Of a DNA stretch of 64,000 bases, positions 20,293 through 31,310 are shown one piece after another. The stretch spans positions 96,001-160,000 of the forward strand of contig JAWARQ010000004.1 of the NCBI GenBank assembly GCA_038893355.1, given 5' to 3'. Every line of letters begins with the position of its first letter. The stretch's first letter is position 1. The stretch is from Sulfolobaceae archaeon (GTDB lineage: Archaea; Thermoproteota; Thermoprotei_A; Sulfolobales; Sulfolobaceae). The translations under genes and the position numbers were made by a program. The notes under the pieces are model-generated. The model was not told the origin of the DNA, did no database searches, and saw only the letters and a list, made by a program, of their open reading frames with translations.

Positions 20293-20417
20293 AAATATAG
20301 TTAACGATCATTTAATAAAAGCTCTATTATAGTTATACTTTGTTATTTAGGGTATTACGCTTTTGGTATTACATCATATTTAAATATTTCTATAAAGAAT
20401 TTCGATATGAAAAACAG

Positions 20418-21548
20418 ATGAATTACAGTGATATCTATGAATTACTTGGTAATATTGTATCAAATTACATTACTAATTATCTAATAGGAAAGCCTATAGT
20501 TCAACATGAAAGTATCGTTGAGCTAGAAGACGTAGATGAGAGTAATGATAGTATTTTTCTTCTAACATCGCCTAAAGAGATCTTAAAAGAAATCGTTGAA
20601 GATAGGCAAGAAGTAGGAGAAGAGATTATTGCAATTGATGGTAGTAGTAGAAGCTTAGTATTAATGAGTGGAATAATAAGTATTAGTGCAGTTGCTGCAT
20701 ACTCATCTAAATTAGGCAGTATAGAAGTTTATCCACCGTTATATGGAATGAGGAGTCTTAAGATAAATGCACCGTTTATTGCAATATCACCTTTTTATAA
20801 ATATTCTTCTAATAGTCTTGATCCATACATCTATTCCTCAAAGTTCATAATGACAACTTCATTAGACGGTTCTTTATTAATAGGCAATGATCCTATTAAA
20901 GTTGAAGCACAGTTAAGATTTATTTTAGAAACTGAGGCATTAAATTATCTTAAAGATAAAAAGTATATAATTATTGACGGACCACTTTTACCTTCGTTTC
21001 CAAATTTCAAGAATAGTTTAAGGAATAAATTCTTTGAGATTAGATCTAAGAGTCTTAGCGCCGGAACTTTAGGAATAGTTAAAAGATTAGAGAAATCAAA
21101 GCTTCTAATTAGCGTATTGTCTCGATATAGGGATGAGGTAATTAGTAAGTATAAAATTGACCCATTAAGATATCTCTCGGACGAATCATTACTATTCAAT
21201 ATAATAAGGTTTAACGAAGTTCCACCGTATAAAAAGTTTTTGGTGGGACCTATATTAAAATTAATAGACAATACTAAAATTTATATTAACTATTTAATTA
21301 TTCCTATTCATCCATTTCTATCAAAATTTTTTATATTAAGAATTGAAAGTTTAATTAATAGTGATAAATTATTAAGTTTAATTTCTAATTTAAAATTTAC
21401 TGCTGATGGTGTTCCTAACGTTATAGCAATAGCTGATAAGACATCTAAAATAGTTACAAGCGGTTTACTTAGATTTGTAAAATCATTATTAGAGAATTCG
21501 GGTGTGAATATTAGTTTTACATCACGAATAGAGGCTGTAGATTTATGA
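20418..21548 (+). CDS. NurA-family nuclease (paralogue, not in the mre11-rad50 operon)
   Basis: AIDGSS, ILETEAL, IIDGPL, GIVKR, LSDE, G(V)PNVIAIADKTSKI. The likely start is ATG 20418 (ORF track 20340). Confidence 0.88.
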   Translation: MNYSDIYELLGNIVSNYITNYLIGKPIVQHESIVELEDVDESNDSIFLLTSPKEILKEIVEDRQEVGEEIIAIDGSSRSLVLMSGIISISAVAAYSSKLGSIEVYPPLYGMRSLKINAPFIAISPFYKYSSNSLDPYIYSSKFIMTTSLDGSLLIGNDPIKVEAQLRFILETEALNYLKDKKYIIIDGPLLPSFPNFKNSLRNKFFEIRSKSLSAGTLGIVKRLEKSKLLISVLSRYRDEVISKYKIDPLRYLSDESLLFNIIRFNEVPPYKKFLVGPILKLIDNTKIYINYLIIPIHPFLSKFFILRIESLINSDKLLSLISNLKFTADGVPNVIAIADKTSKIVTSGLLRFVKSLLENSGVNISFTSRIEAVDL

Positions 21549-23344
21549 TAGATCTTCATAATATGGTAAGAGATAGAGTTCAAAAAGCTAAAGCACTAGC
21601 AATAACTTTAGGTACTATAATAGGCTATGTTGCACGACATATACCTAGTAGGCTTGATAACGAAGAATCTTATGTGAAGGTCGTAGTGAGTCCCGATGTC
21701 TATTATAATTTTAATTTTATAGGCAAATTAGGTATAATTCTGGGTGCAATTGACATAAAAACGTTATACTTTGTTTTACTAAGAGTTGTAGGATATGAGA
21801 GATTCGATGCAACATCATTTTTGTACTCAGATAGTTCTTTAGCTACAATTTCAAATGTCGATGAGGAACCTGGTTCCTTGCTGACAAATACTATATTAAA
21901 ATGTGAAATGTTAACTAAAATTGACCCTTTAAATTCAAAGGAGCCGGAGGTTGCAGATATAGTTCTTGAACCTCAATCACCTGTAATAATACCTAAGCCA
22001 GATTTAGTTGAAAGGGCATTAAATTTAAGTAATGGCGATATAAAAATAGGATTTTTAGATATTCCAGGTATAAATGCAAAAGTTTCTATAAATTCATACG
22101 ATCTAAACTACCATATGATAGTCATCGGAACTACTGGTGCTGGAAAGACGTCTTTTATAAAAAACTTAATTATGGCAATGGTAAATAGCCGTAGTAGAAG
22201 TAAGGTATTTATATTTGATGCTACTGGTGATTATTACAACATATTTCTTCCTCCTGAGGTATATAATAATGAACATGAGGAGCTGTTAGGTTCTAGAATA
22301 TTTAATCTCGAAGTAAATATTCTATTCCCTATATCATCAAAATGGGCTAAAAAGTATTTAAAAAATAACAAGAGAGACGTATACAGTATTGCGTCTGTAT
22401 ATTATTTATTATATATAAAACCAATAATAGATTATTTACAAAATAAAGGCTTAAAATTATATTCAACTATAAATAAAAACAGTATAATAATTTCAAATAG
22501 CGAATGGAATGGCAAGGCTAATATACTTCCTTTTTACTTTAGATTTAAGGATGTTAAAAGGATCCTACATAAACTTAACCCATACTTCACAGAGCAAGCT
22601 TCACATTTTCTTAGGATTTTAATTAATAAGAACTGGAGTGAATTTAAGAAGATTGATGATTTAATTAATTTTGTATTAGATGAAGATAAATTTGAAAATA
22701 TTCGTATTCATAGAAGTACTAGGGAAAATATAGTTAGAGGGTTGTATCTTCTAAAAGAAACTGGATTATTTAACATCGGTGTAGATAGATATCCGTTTTC
22801 CTCACTTTTAGAGAATAATAACATTCAAATAAATATTATAGATTTATATAATAGTGAAATTGACGACTTTGCACAAAAGATATTAAGCTACTACTTCTTA
22901 GATAAGATTTTTAATTATAGAGAAAAAGAAATGAAGAGTGGTGGGGTAAAAGATAGGATAGTAATTGTAATAGATGAGGCCCATAGATTCTTTCCTTCAA
23001 GTAAGGGTAGTGAAGAGGATAATACTTATGTTAGAAGAGTTGCTAATAAAATCTCGACATTAATGAGACTAGGGAGGCGTAGAAAAGTCGGCTTTATTTT
23101 CTCCACTCACAATCCTAATGATTTAAATGATATAGTAATACAACTATCGAATACTAAAGTAGTATTTAGGACAAAGCCTGAGATAGCCGAATCTTTAGGC
23201 CTCTCGAAAGTAGAGGCAAGAAATTTAAGCTGGGAAAGGAATGGTGTAGCTTATCTAATTTCTCCATGGTTAAGAGAGGGAAAAATTAAGATTAGAATTC
23301 CATTACCACCAGCTATAGGTCATTATGATTTATCAAGAACATAA
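21545..23344 (+). CDS. HerA-like ATPase/helicase (HAS-barrel + FtsK/HerA domain)
   Basis: HMIVIGTTGAGKT, FDATGDY, IVIDEAHRF, RLGRRRKVG, STHNP. ATGA-coupled to the nurA-like gene. Confidence 0.9.
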   Translation: MIDLHNMVRDRVQKAKALAITLGTIIGYVARHIPSRLDNEESYVKVVVSPDVYYNFNFIGKLGIILGAIDIKTLYFVLLRVVGYERFDATSFLYSDSSLATISNVDEEPGSLLTNTILKCEMLTKIDPLNSKEPEVADIVLEPQSPVIIPKPDLVERALNLSNGDIKIGFLDIPGINAKVSINSYDLNYHMIVIGTTGAGKTSFIKNLIMAMVNSRSRSKVFIFDATGDYYNIFLPPEVYNNEHEELLGSRIFNLEVNILFPISSKWAKKYLKNNKRDVYSIASVYYLLYIKPIIDYLQNKGLKLYSTINKNSIIISNSEWNGKANILPFYFRFKDVKRILHKLNPYFTEQASHFLRILINKNWSEFKKIDDLINFVLDEDKFENIRIHRSTRENIVRGLYLLKETGLFNIGVDRYPFSSLLENNNIQINIIDLYNSEIDDFAQKILSYYFLDKIFNYREKEMKSGGVKDRIVIVIDEAHRFFPSSKGSEEDNTYVRRVANKISTLMRLGRRRKVGFIFSTHNPNDLNDIVIQLSNTKVVFRTKPEIAESLGLSKVEARNLSWERNGVAYLISPWLREGKIKIRIPLPPAIGHYDLSRT

Positions 23345-23756
23345 AAGTTTCTATATTTCTACTTATATTATGCTTAGCGAAATTATAGCCCAGATAAAAA
23401 GAAAATGGTCACGAGAAGCTGTACTCAAGTTTTTAAACGAGGTAAGAAGCCTATTGCCACCTTCAGAGGATTTTGGAATATCCTTAATTAAGAAAGGAGT
23501 TCATGAATACGTTTTAGATAAACAAGGCATTGTAATAATTAGCTTAAATCAAGATGAGTATTTACCTTTCTTTGCAGCAAGGGGAAAAAGGATAGATTTA
23601 GAAAAACTTTCTGATGATATATTACTTGAAATTAGTAAAAATTGGAGGAATATAATTTCCCAATTAAGGGACATTTTATTGGAATATGGAAGGAGAGATG
23701 ATAAATATCTGAAAGTTGCAGAAGAAATCACAGGGATAATATTTGAAAATATCTGA
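23325..23756 (+). CDS. Hypothetical protein
   Basis: Lies between the HerA-like gene and the thioesterase and overlaps the thioesterase. The real start may be the internal ATG (MLSEIIAQ). Confidence 0.65.
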   Translation: MIYQEHKSFYISTYIMLSEIIAQIKRKWSREAVLKFLNEVRSLLPPSEDFGISLIKKGVHEYVLDKQGIVIISLNQDEYLPFFAARGKRIDLEKLSDDILLEISKNWRNIISQLRDILLEYGRRDDKYLKVAEEITGIIFENI

Positions 23757-24681
23757 AACTATAGTAACTACTTATAAAATTGTACATTACAGTGATATTA
23801 ACTTCTTAGGAAGGATGCATGGCGGAGTAATGTTAATGGGATTAGTAGATGCAGGTATGTTATCTGCAATGAAAGTTGCAAAATCTTTAGCAGTATTAGC
23901 TTCTCTAGATGAAGTAGAGTTTAAAAAACCGGTAAATTTGGGAGACGTTATAGAATATAAGGCCCAGGTTGAATATATAGGAAATTCCTCTATGGAAGTT
24001 AGGATTAAAGCGTACAAGTATAATGAAGAAATTGTTACCGCGACTTCATCGTTTGTTAAAGTTAATGAACTTCTTAAACCAATTCCGATTAATGAAAAAA
24101 TAGAAGTTGAGAATGATGAAGATAAGAATATTTTAATTGAGGCTCTAGAAAGAAGGAGAAGAAGAGAGAAATTAATAGCTGATAGGCATAGAAAGAAGTT
24201 AGATACTTCCGATCCTACAGAAGGATTAAGGTATAGAATTTCTACGATAGTTCAAGTCACTCCAGAGCTGACATATAATGGCAAACTGATGTCTGCAGGG
24301 AAGTTACTTAAAATTATGGATGATATAGGCGGAATTATTGCTCATAGATATATAGGTTATCCTTTCTTAACTAAAGATAATACAGTTACTGTTGCAATTT
24401 CCGATACACAGTTCTTTACACCAGCTAGATTAGGAGATATATTAAATATTAGAGCTGGGATCATTTATGTTGGGAATACATCCCTAGATGTTTTAATAAA
24501 TGTAATAAGGCAGAATTCTAGTAGCAATGAAATAACACATGTAACTACTTCGTATTTCACTTATGTAAGAATTAATGAAAATGGCAAACCTACGAGATTA
24601 CCAGAATATAAGCCTCAAACTGATAAAGAAAAATTCTTTTACGATCTGTCATTAGAGAGAAGAAAAAAGAATTATACCTAA
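23743..24681 (+). CDS. Double hotdog acyl-CoA thioesterase
   Basis: [29 protein letters not shown], repeated in a second hotdog domain. Confidence 0.9.
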   Translation: MKISETIVTTYKIVHYSDINFLGRMHGGVMLMGLVDAGMLSAMKVAKSLAVLASLDEVEFKKPVNLGDVIEYKAQVEYIGNSSMEVRIKAYKYNEEIVTATSSFVKVNELLKPIPINEKIEVENDEDKNILIEALERRRRREKLIADRHRKKLDTSDPTEGLRYRISTIVQVTPELTYNGKLMSAGKLLKIMDDIGGIIAHRYIGYPFLTKDNTVTVAISDTQFFTPARLGDILNIRAGIIYVGNTSLDVLINVIRQNSSSNEITHVTTSYFTYVRINENGKPTRLPEYKPQTDKEKFFYDLSLERRKKNYT

Positions 24682-25232
24682 TCCTTCTCCTCCTTAAATT
24701 CGAGTATTCCCATATTTTCTAATAAGCCAGCATCAGTTACGTCAAATAAAATTACAGGAGAGTCACTAGTATTTACATGGTAATGAACTAAATTTGCAGG
24801 TACTACAAAAACATCACCTTCCTCCCATTCTAGCTTTTTATGACCTACTACCGAATAACCCTTTCCTTTTACTACTAAGTATATTGAAGACATATTATGG
24901 GAATGCGGCTTAGTGAATTTACCTGGCTCGATGTACTGAAAGCCTGCCATCATGGTTGGTGTGAGACCTTTTGATCTCCCAGTGCTTGGTGAATAAAACA
25001 TAATTTTTGCTATTCCTTTTTCTATAGGATTATTTTTTGCCAAAAGTTTTAATAATTCTATTATTTTACTATACTTTATTACCTTAGGTACAATTTGTTG
25101 GGGTGGTGAAGTATATTCCATGAATGCTACAATTTTTAAATCTTCTGTGTTATTTTCAATCTCTTTTATAATTTCTTCTATATCTTTTATAATTTCATTT
25201 TGTTTATCACTTCTTTCTACCTGATATATCAT
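24678..25232 (-). CDS. Cupin-domain protein (gentisate 1,2-dioxygenase-like)
   Basis: [34 protein letters not shown]. Confidence 0.85.
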   Translation of the reverse strand: MIYQVERSDKQNEIIKDIEEIIKEIENNTEDLKIVAFMEYTSPPQQIVPKVIKYSKIIELLKLLAKNNPIEKGIAKIMFYSPSTGRSKGLTPTMMAGFQYIEPGKFTKPHSHNMSSIYLVVKGKGYSVVGHKKLEWEEGDVFVVPANLVHYHVNTSDSPVILFDVTDAGLLENMGILEFKEEKD

Positions 25233-25250
25233 TCTAATTATTAAATTACT

Positions 25251-25802
25251 TTAATGGTTTAAAAATATTGCTACAAGAATTGCAAACACTCCTGCAGCCA
25301 TCATAACTCCTACTGACTTTAATTTCTCAATAGTATTTCCTTCGTAAAATAAACCTAAAATTCCTAAAGATATAAGAGAAATCATTATAGTGAGGCTAAG
25401 ATGTTTTGTATAAGTATATATTAATATAGGAATTGCACCAATAAGTGGTGAAACTCCGTGCGAAATTACTGAGAATATTATAGAGAATTTTATAGCATAA
25501 TCGTATATGGTACCCTTTAAGCTTCTAAGAACCTGTTGTTCTAATCTCTTTAACTCTAGGCCTTTCTCCTTCGCTTCAACTACCAAAGAATTCCATGCGG
25601 ATGATATCGCTATTGCAAATAAACCAGTATATATCGCTAAAACTGATCTTTCAAAATCTATTCCAGTTATCGCTATTGCAGTTATCGTACTTACTGCGTA
25701 AGTTATTCCATCGAAAGCACCAATTATAATGTACCTTCTGATCATCGGTAATGAATCGTGCTTTAAACTATATTTAATAGCGGATAGAATCTTTCTTAGC
25801 AC
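25251..25802 (-). CDS. VIT1/CCC1-like (TIGR00267-type) membrane protein
   Basis: RRYIIIGAFDG, helical LKRLEQQVLRSLKGT, several TM helices. Confidence 0.75.
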   Translation of the reverse strand: MLRKILSAIKYSLKHDSLPMIRRYIIIGAFDGITYAVSTITAIAITGIDFERSVLAIYTGLFAIAISSAWNSLVVEAKEKGLELKRLEQQVLRSLKGTIYDYAIKFSIIFSVISHGVSPLIGAIPILIYTYTKHLSLTIMISLISLGILGLFYEGNTIEKLKSVGVMMAAGVFAILVAIFLNH

Positions 25803-25850
25803 TAATTAATATGGGAGAAACTTAAATATTAGTATTTCGCACGCCTTACT

Positions 25851-26243
25851 GTGCACCGAAATACTTTATTATCTATCGTTTCAGTAGTTATAATTCTAAC
25901 AGCAATAGGAGTCTATACATTATCGAGCTATAGAACGAGTTATGTAATAGAAAGCTTCAATGCACAACCTATTAATGGTAAGTATCCCCTTGAGGCTAAG
26001 ATAATTATAAATTATGGCCCATTTGGTGGTTCTGAACCATTAAATGGAAGTATAGTATGGATTTTAAAAAATGGAAAATTTTATGCAATGAATTTTACTG
26101 ATGCTAATGGAGTTGCAAAGTTTTATGTTCCTCCAGGTAATTATACAGTATATTTTGTACAATTTAAATATTATGTAAAAAATGTCGTCATTTCCAATAC
26201 TGGGGTAAGAATTATATTAAACTATGCATATTTATATAAATAA
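25851..26243 (+). CDS. Hypothetical secreted protein with a carboxypeptidase-regulatory/transthyretin-like beta-sandwich
   Basis: Signal-like N-terminus; TDANGVAKFYVPPGNYTV motif. Confidence 0.7.
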   Translation: MHRNTLLSIVSVVIILTAIGVYTLSSYRTSYVIESFNAQPINGKYPLEAKIIINYGPFGGSEPLNGSIVWILKNGKFYAMNFTDANGVAKFYVPPGNYTVYFVQFKYYVKNVVISNTGVRIILNYAYLYK

Positions 26244-26298
26244 GATGATGTAAGGAGGAGTACCTCTGATATTATGAGGACGTGGTCCTCAACTGAAG
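26243..26298 (+). ncRNA. C/D box guide sRNA, probably targeting the 16S rRNA helix 22/23 region
   Basis: C box variant AUGAUGU 26245-26251; guide AAGGAGGAGUACCU; D' CUGA 26266-26269; C' AUGAGGA 26274-26280; guide CGUGGUCCUCAA; D CUGA 26293-26296. Confidence 0.85.
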
Positions 26299-26330
26299 AA
26301 ATTTTTTAGGAGAACTATAATTTAATACAT

Positions 26331-26819
26331 ATGAGTATTAAGATCGAGGTAATTCAAGTTCCGATTCCAGAAGGTACAAATGTTATAATAGGCCATTCTC
26401 ATTTTATAAAAACAGTAGAGGATATATATGAAGCTATTATTACAACCAATCCGAATATTAGATTTGGTCTAGCGTTTAATGAGGCAAGCGGGAAAAGGTT
26501 AGTAAGAAAGGACGGGAATGATAGTGAGTTAATAAAGCTAGCTGCAGAGGTTGCGCTAAAGATAGGCGCAGGTCATACTTTTGTAATATATATTAAGGGT
26601 GGATGGCCAATAAATATTCTAAATGTTTTGAAGAATGTGCAAGAGGTAGTTAAGATACATGCTGCTACTGCGAATCCATTACAAGTTATTGTAGCACAAA
26701 CTGATCAGGGTAGAGGAGTAATTGGAGTAGTTGATGGTTATACCCCATTAGGGATTGAGAGCGAGATTGATGAAAAGGAGAGGAAGGAGTTCCTCAGGAA
26801 GATCGGATATAAGAGATAG
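26331..26819 (+). CDS. Adenosine-specific kinase family protein (DUF355)
   Basis: [46 protein letters not shown]. Confidence 0.9.
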   Translation: MSIKIEVIQVPIPEGTNVIIGHSHFIKTVEDIYEAIITTNPNIRFGLAFNEASGKRLVRKDGNDSELIKLAAEVALKIGAGHTFVIYIKGGWPINILNVLKNVQEVVKIHAATANPLQVIVAQTDQGRGVIGVVDGYTPLGIESEIDEKERKEFLRKIGYKR

Positions 26820-27206
26820 GCTTTTTTCTAATAACATATCTGATACTTCTATTTGATTTTTAAGATATTTAATCAAAGAAGCAAAAAGTAATATTAAAGC
26901 TTGTATGTATTTTCTCTCAATTTCACTTTTTGCTTTCTTCCACTTCTCTTCAAGAATTTCATGACATTCCCAAAACCTCATTTCATTTATTAGCTTCCTC
27001 AAATCTTCCCTAATTTCGCCTACTTTAACGATAAAAAGTGGATTTCCCAGATAGTTAATAACATCTACTGGATTTCCCATTATATCAATTTCAATATATT
27101 TGCCTTTTCTTATATCAATTACATTTATGCCTTTTTTTCTTAATACAGACTTTAATTCAAAAATATTTTGAGATAGATTTAATGAGTAAAAGAGAAGATA
27201 CCTCAT
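26748..27206 (-). CDS. DUF309 domain protein
   Basis: [14 protein letters not shown]...YIQALI motif. Confidence 0.8.
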   Translation of the reverse strand: MRYLLFYSLNLSQNIFELKSVLRKKGINVIDIRKGKYIEIDIMGNPVDVINYLGNPLFIVKVGEIREDLRKLINEMRFWECHEILEEKWKKAKSEIERKYIQALILLFASLIKYLKNQIEVSDMLLEKSLSLISDLPEELLPLLFINLALNP

Positions 27207-27238
27207 ATTTAATAGTCCAGAATTCGAGTTAAAATATA

Positions 27239-28285
<1,047 letters not shown>

Positions 28286-28291
<6 letters not shown>

Positions 28292-29053
28292 TCCCTTAAA
28301 TTTAGGTTTTCTCTTTTCGAAAAACGAATTGACACCTTCATTTTTATCTTGGGTCGAGAATACTAGACCCCAACTTATACTTTCTGATCTTAATGCGGAT
28401 TCCCTATTTAAATTATCCCCCATATTTACTAAATACTTAATTAGGTACAATGCTATAGGAGGCTTCTCTGCTAACATTAACGCAACCTTTCTTACCTCAT
28501 CCTCTAAAGAATTTTTAGGTAGAGCCTTATTCACTAGTCCTATTCTTTCAGCCTCTTTTCCACTAATTCTAGCACCAGTCATCATTAACTCTAACGCCTT
28601 ACCCTTTCCTATCAACTTTACTAATCTTTGAGTACCACCAAAACCTGGATAAATCCCTAAATCTATTTCTGGCAATCCTAATATAGCATCTTCCGTAGAA
28701 TATCTTAAATCACATGCCATTGCTAACTCTAGTCCTCCTCCTAATGCATAGCCCTCAATCATAGCAATTGTTGGTTTAGGATAGTTTTCTATATAGTCCA
28801 TGAGTTCTCTTCCTCTTTTTGCAAACTTCCATGCAGTGATTGGATTTAATTCTTTAAATAGATTAATATCGGCTCCTGCAGAAAATGTATTATTCCCCCT
28901 TAATATCACTACCCTAATATCATTATCTTCCTCAATTGACTTTAAGGCCTCATAAATTTCCTCGATCATTTCAAGATTAATTGCATTAACTTTTGGTCTG
29001 TTTAAAATTATCCAGATAAGCGGTTGCTCTTTATTAATAATTATTGTTTTCAT
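28286..29053 (-). CDS. Enoyl-CoA hydratase, probably 3-hydroxypropionyl-CoA dehydratase of the 3HP/4HB cycle
   Basis: [53 protein letters not shown]. Closely resembles the recalled Metallosphaera enzyme. Confidence 0.85.
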
Positions 29054-29103
29054 ATGAACTTTTTAATATACTAACATTTTAATATTGCGGTAAGATTGTT
29101 AGA

Positions 29104-29664
29104 ATGATGGATGAGCAGAAAAAACTTCTACTAATTTCAGCGATTCCCGTTATTGGTGGTGTAGTAAGTAATTATTATCTATCTCTTAAAATCTCGAAGA
29201 TAAATAAATTAATAAAACTTCTACTAATTTCAATTTCAGTGTCTGTCATCTCTACTCTAATTCTAGCATTATATTTCTTTAGGGAGATCATACTAGAGAT
29301 TTTTGGTGCTATAATTATTGCAAATTTTGTAAGTATATTTCTAGGCAGAAAGAGAAAATTAAGTAATGATATAAAATTAAAAATAAATGAATATTATATT
29401 GAAATATTAACTAATATAGATTTTGATGAAGGAGATATTATTAAAGATCCAAATGAAATTTATACTAAAGTTATTAATCAAGCTCTATCTAAAATAAAAT
29501 CTCCTTACTACAAACAAAAACTTTTAGAAACGTTAAAATGTAATAATTTAAAACTTTTTTTATCAGAGGATAAAATTGTTTTAAGAAGAAAATGTGGAGA
29601 TACAATCGTCGAAATAACGTTAAGGGGAATTAAGGGAGAGCTAAAAGTCAGTATATTATACTAA
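29104..29664 (+). CDS. Hypothetical membrane protein
   Basis: Three N-terminal hydrophobic segments and a soluble C-terminus. Confidence 0.65.
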   Translation: MMDEQKKLLLISAIPVIGGVVSNYYLSLKISKINKLIKLLLISISVSVISTLILALYFFREIILEIFGAIIIANFVSIFLGRKRKLSNDIKLKINEYYIEILTNIDFDEGDIIKDPNEIYTKVINQALSKIKSPYYKQKLLETLKCNNLKLFLSEDKIVLRRKCGDTIVEITLRGIKGELKVSILY

Positions 29665-30517
29665 AAATTATCAATCCTATTAAGATCACTGCTAGATAAG
29701 GAGAACTAACCTTAAATGACAGCCAAGCCTCTTCCTTACTGGGATTTTTAAGGAGACGTAAATTAAAGTAAACGAGAATTACAGAAAATATTAGAGTATA
29801 AATTACGAAGTAAATATTTACGAATAATGAAAGTAGAATAGCAAAAGGTACCATGAGTATATTAGATACTAGAATATATAGGGCCGACTTTCTTTCATTA
29901 TTAATAACTACAGGTAACATAGGTATTCCTGCTCTTTCATAGTCTTCCTTATATCTTAACGCTAAAGCCCAGAAATGGCCAGGAGTCCACATGAATATCA
30001 AAAGTCCTAATAATATTGCCGAAAGGGATAACGTTTCATGTTGCGAAGCATATCCTGCCCATGCCGCTGCGCTTCCAGCTAAACCACCTATAACAATGTT
30101 CCATACACTCCTTGGCTTTAACCATATAGTATAAATTATTATATAAATGAAAGCACCAAGGATGACGAAAAGAAACGTCAAGAAATTAGCTAACATTAAA
30201 GATATTAGGCCCCCTGCAGCCAAAAGTAGTATTCCAAAAATTATCGCAGATCTCGGTGAGATTATTCCTCTTACAGTAGGTCTTTTTGAGGTCCTTAACA
30301 TTACGGCATCTCTTGAAACCTCCAGTCCACTATTTATACTCATAGAACCTCCAGATGCAAGAGCACCACCTATTAAAACTCCGATGAGTTTAATTATATC
30401 AATTCCGCCTTTATAATCTAAAAATGCCCCTCCTAGCGCTGCTAAATCAAGTAGCCAAATAATGTTAGGTTTTGTAAGCTTTATGTAATAGTAAATTTTT
30501 GAAGTAAGAATTGACAT
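29648..30517 (-). CDS. cyoE: Protoheme IX farnesyltransferase (UbiA family)
   Basis: [52 protein letters not shown]. Confidence 0.92.
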   Translation of the reverse strand: MSILTSKIYYYIKLTKPNIIWLLDLAALGGAFLDYKGGIDIIKLIGVLIGGALASGGSMSINSGLEVSRDAVMLRTSKRPTVRGIISPRSAIIFGILLLAAGGLISLMLANFLTFLFVILGAFIYIIIYTIWLKPRSVWNIVIGGLAGSAAAWAGYASQHETLSLSAILLGLLIFMWTPGHFWALALRYKEDYERAGIPMLPVVINNERKSALYILVSNILMVPFAILLSLFVNIYFVIYTLIFSVILVYFNLRLLKNPSKEEAWLSFKVSSPYLAVILIGLIIFSIIY

Positions 30518-30679
30518 AACAGATATTTCTATCTTGTAAAAATAAATCTTATCATTAAAGCTTTAGGGCAAGGTATTAAAATTAAAGATAACGAGAATAA
30601 CAAAATATTTAGAAATTCAAACTCTTCGTTTCACTTAATTTATTATTAATCTTAAATAGGAAGTAGTTAATTTTCTATT

Positions 30680-31012
30680 ATGAGTTGGAAGTTTAAGCAA
30701 GGTAGTATAATTGGTAGTAATGCACCGAAATCTTGTACAATTGATGTAATAGCAGAACGTCTATCTAAAGAACTAAATATAGATTATAGTAAGGCTCATT
30801 TAATATCACAAGAAATTTTAATAAAAGTATTTAAAGAGAGAAAATATAGATTAAAAGATATTTTATCAAGCTTGAATATTTCAGATAATGTTTTAATAAA
30901 ATTATTCAGTATTTCATCAGAAGTAGATAGTGAAATAAGGGAGTTTATTATTAAAAATAAAATTAACTTACAAGATGAAAAGTCGTTAAAGGTTCTTAAA
31001 GATTTATTATGA
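30680..31012 (+). CDS. Hypothetical protein
   Basis: 110-aa ORF after a TATA-like ttaaata. No motif recognised. Confidence 0.55.
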   Translation: MSWKFKQGSIIGSNAPKSCTIDVIAERLSKELNIDYSKAHLISQEILIKVFKERKYRLKDILSSLNISDNVLIKLFSISSEVDSEIREFIIKNKINLQDEKSLKVLKDLL

Positions 31013-31031
31013 GAGTTTCCAAAGACTAATT

Positions 31032-31310
31032 ATGAAACTTCAAGAAAACGAAATTCTAGATAGATTAAAGAGTTTAAAAGGATGGAAATACGAAAATGGA
31101 AGAATAAGAAAAGAGCTGAGATTTAAAGATTTTAAAGAAGCCATAAATTTCTTAGTTAAATTACAGCCAGTTGCCGACTCTCTAGATCATCACCCTGATA
31201 TTTGTGTACAGTATAACAAAGTTATAATTGAAATCTTTACTCATGATGTAAATGGTATAACTGAAAAGGATTTCGAATTGGCTAGAGAGATAGATAAGTT
31301 ACTGCCTTAG
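31032..31310 (+). CDS. Pterin-4-alpha-carbinolamine dehydratase
   Basis: FKDFKEA, DHHPDI, THDVNGITEKDFELA. Confidence 0.92.
   Translation: MKLQENEILDRLKSLKGWKYENGRIRKELRFKDFKEAINFLVKLQPVADSLDHHPDICVQYNKVIIEIFTHDVNGITEKDFELAREIDKLLP

Noticed and set aside
20398-20403. AATTTC upstream of the nurA paralogue
   Set aside because: It lies at -20..-15 from the likely start rather than about -40; probably chance.
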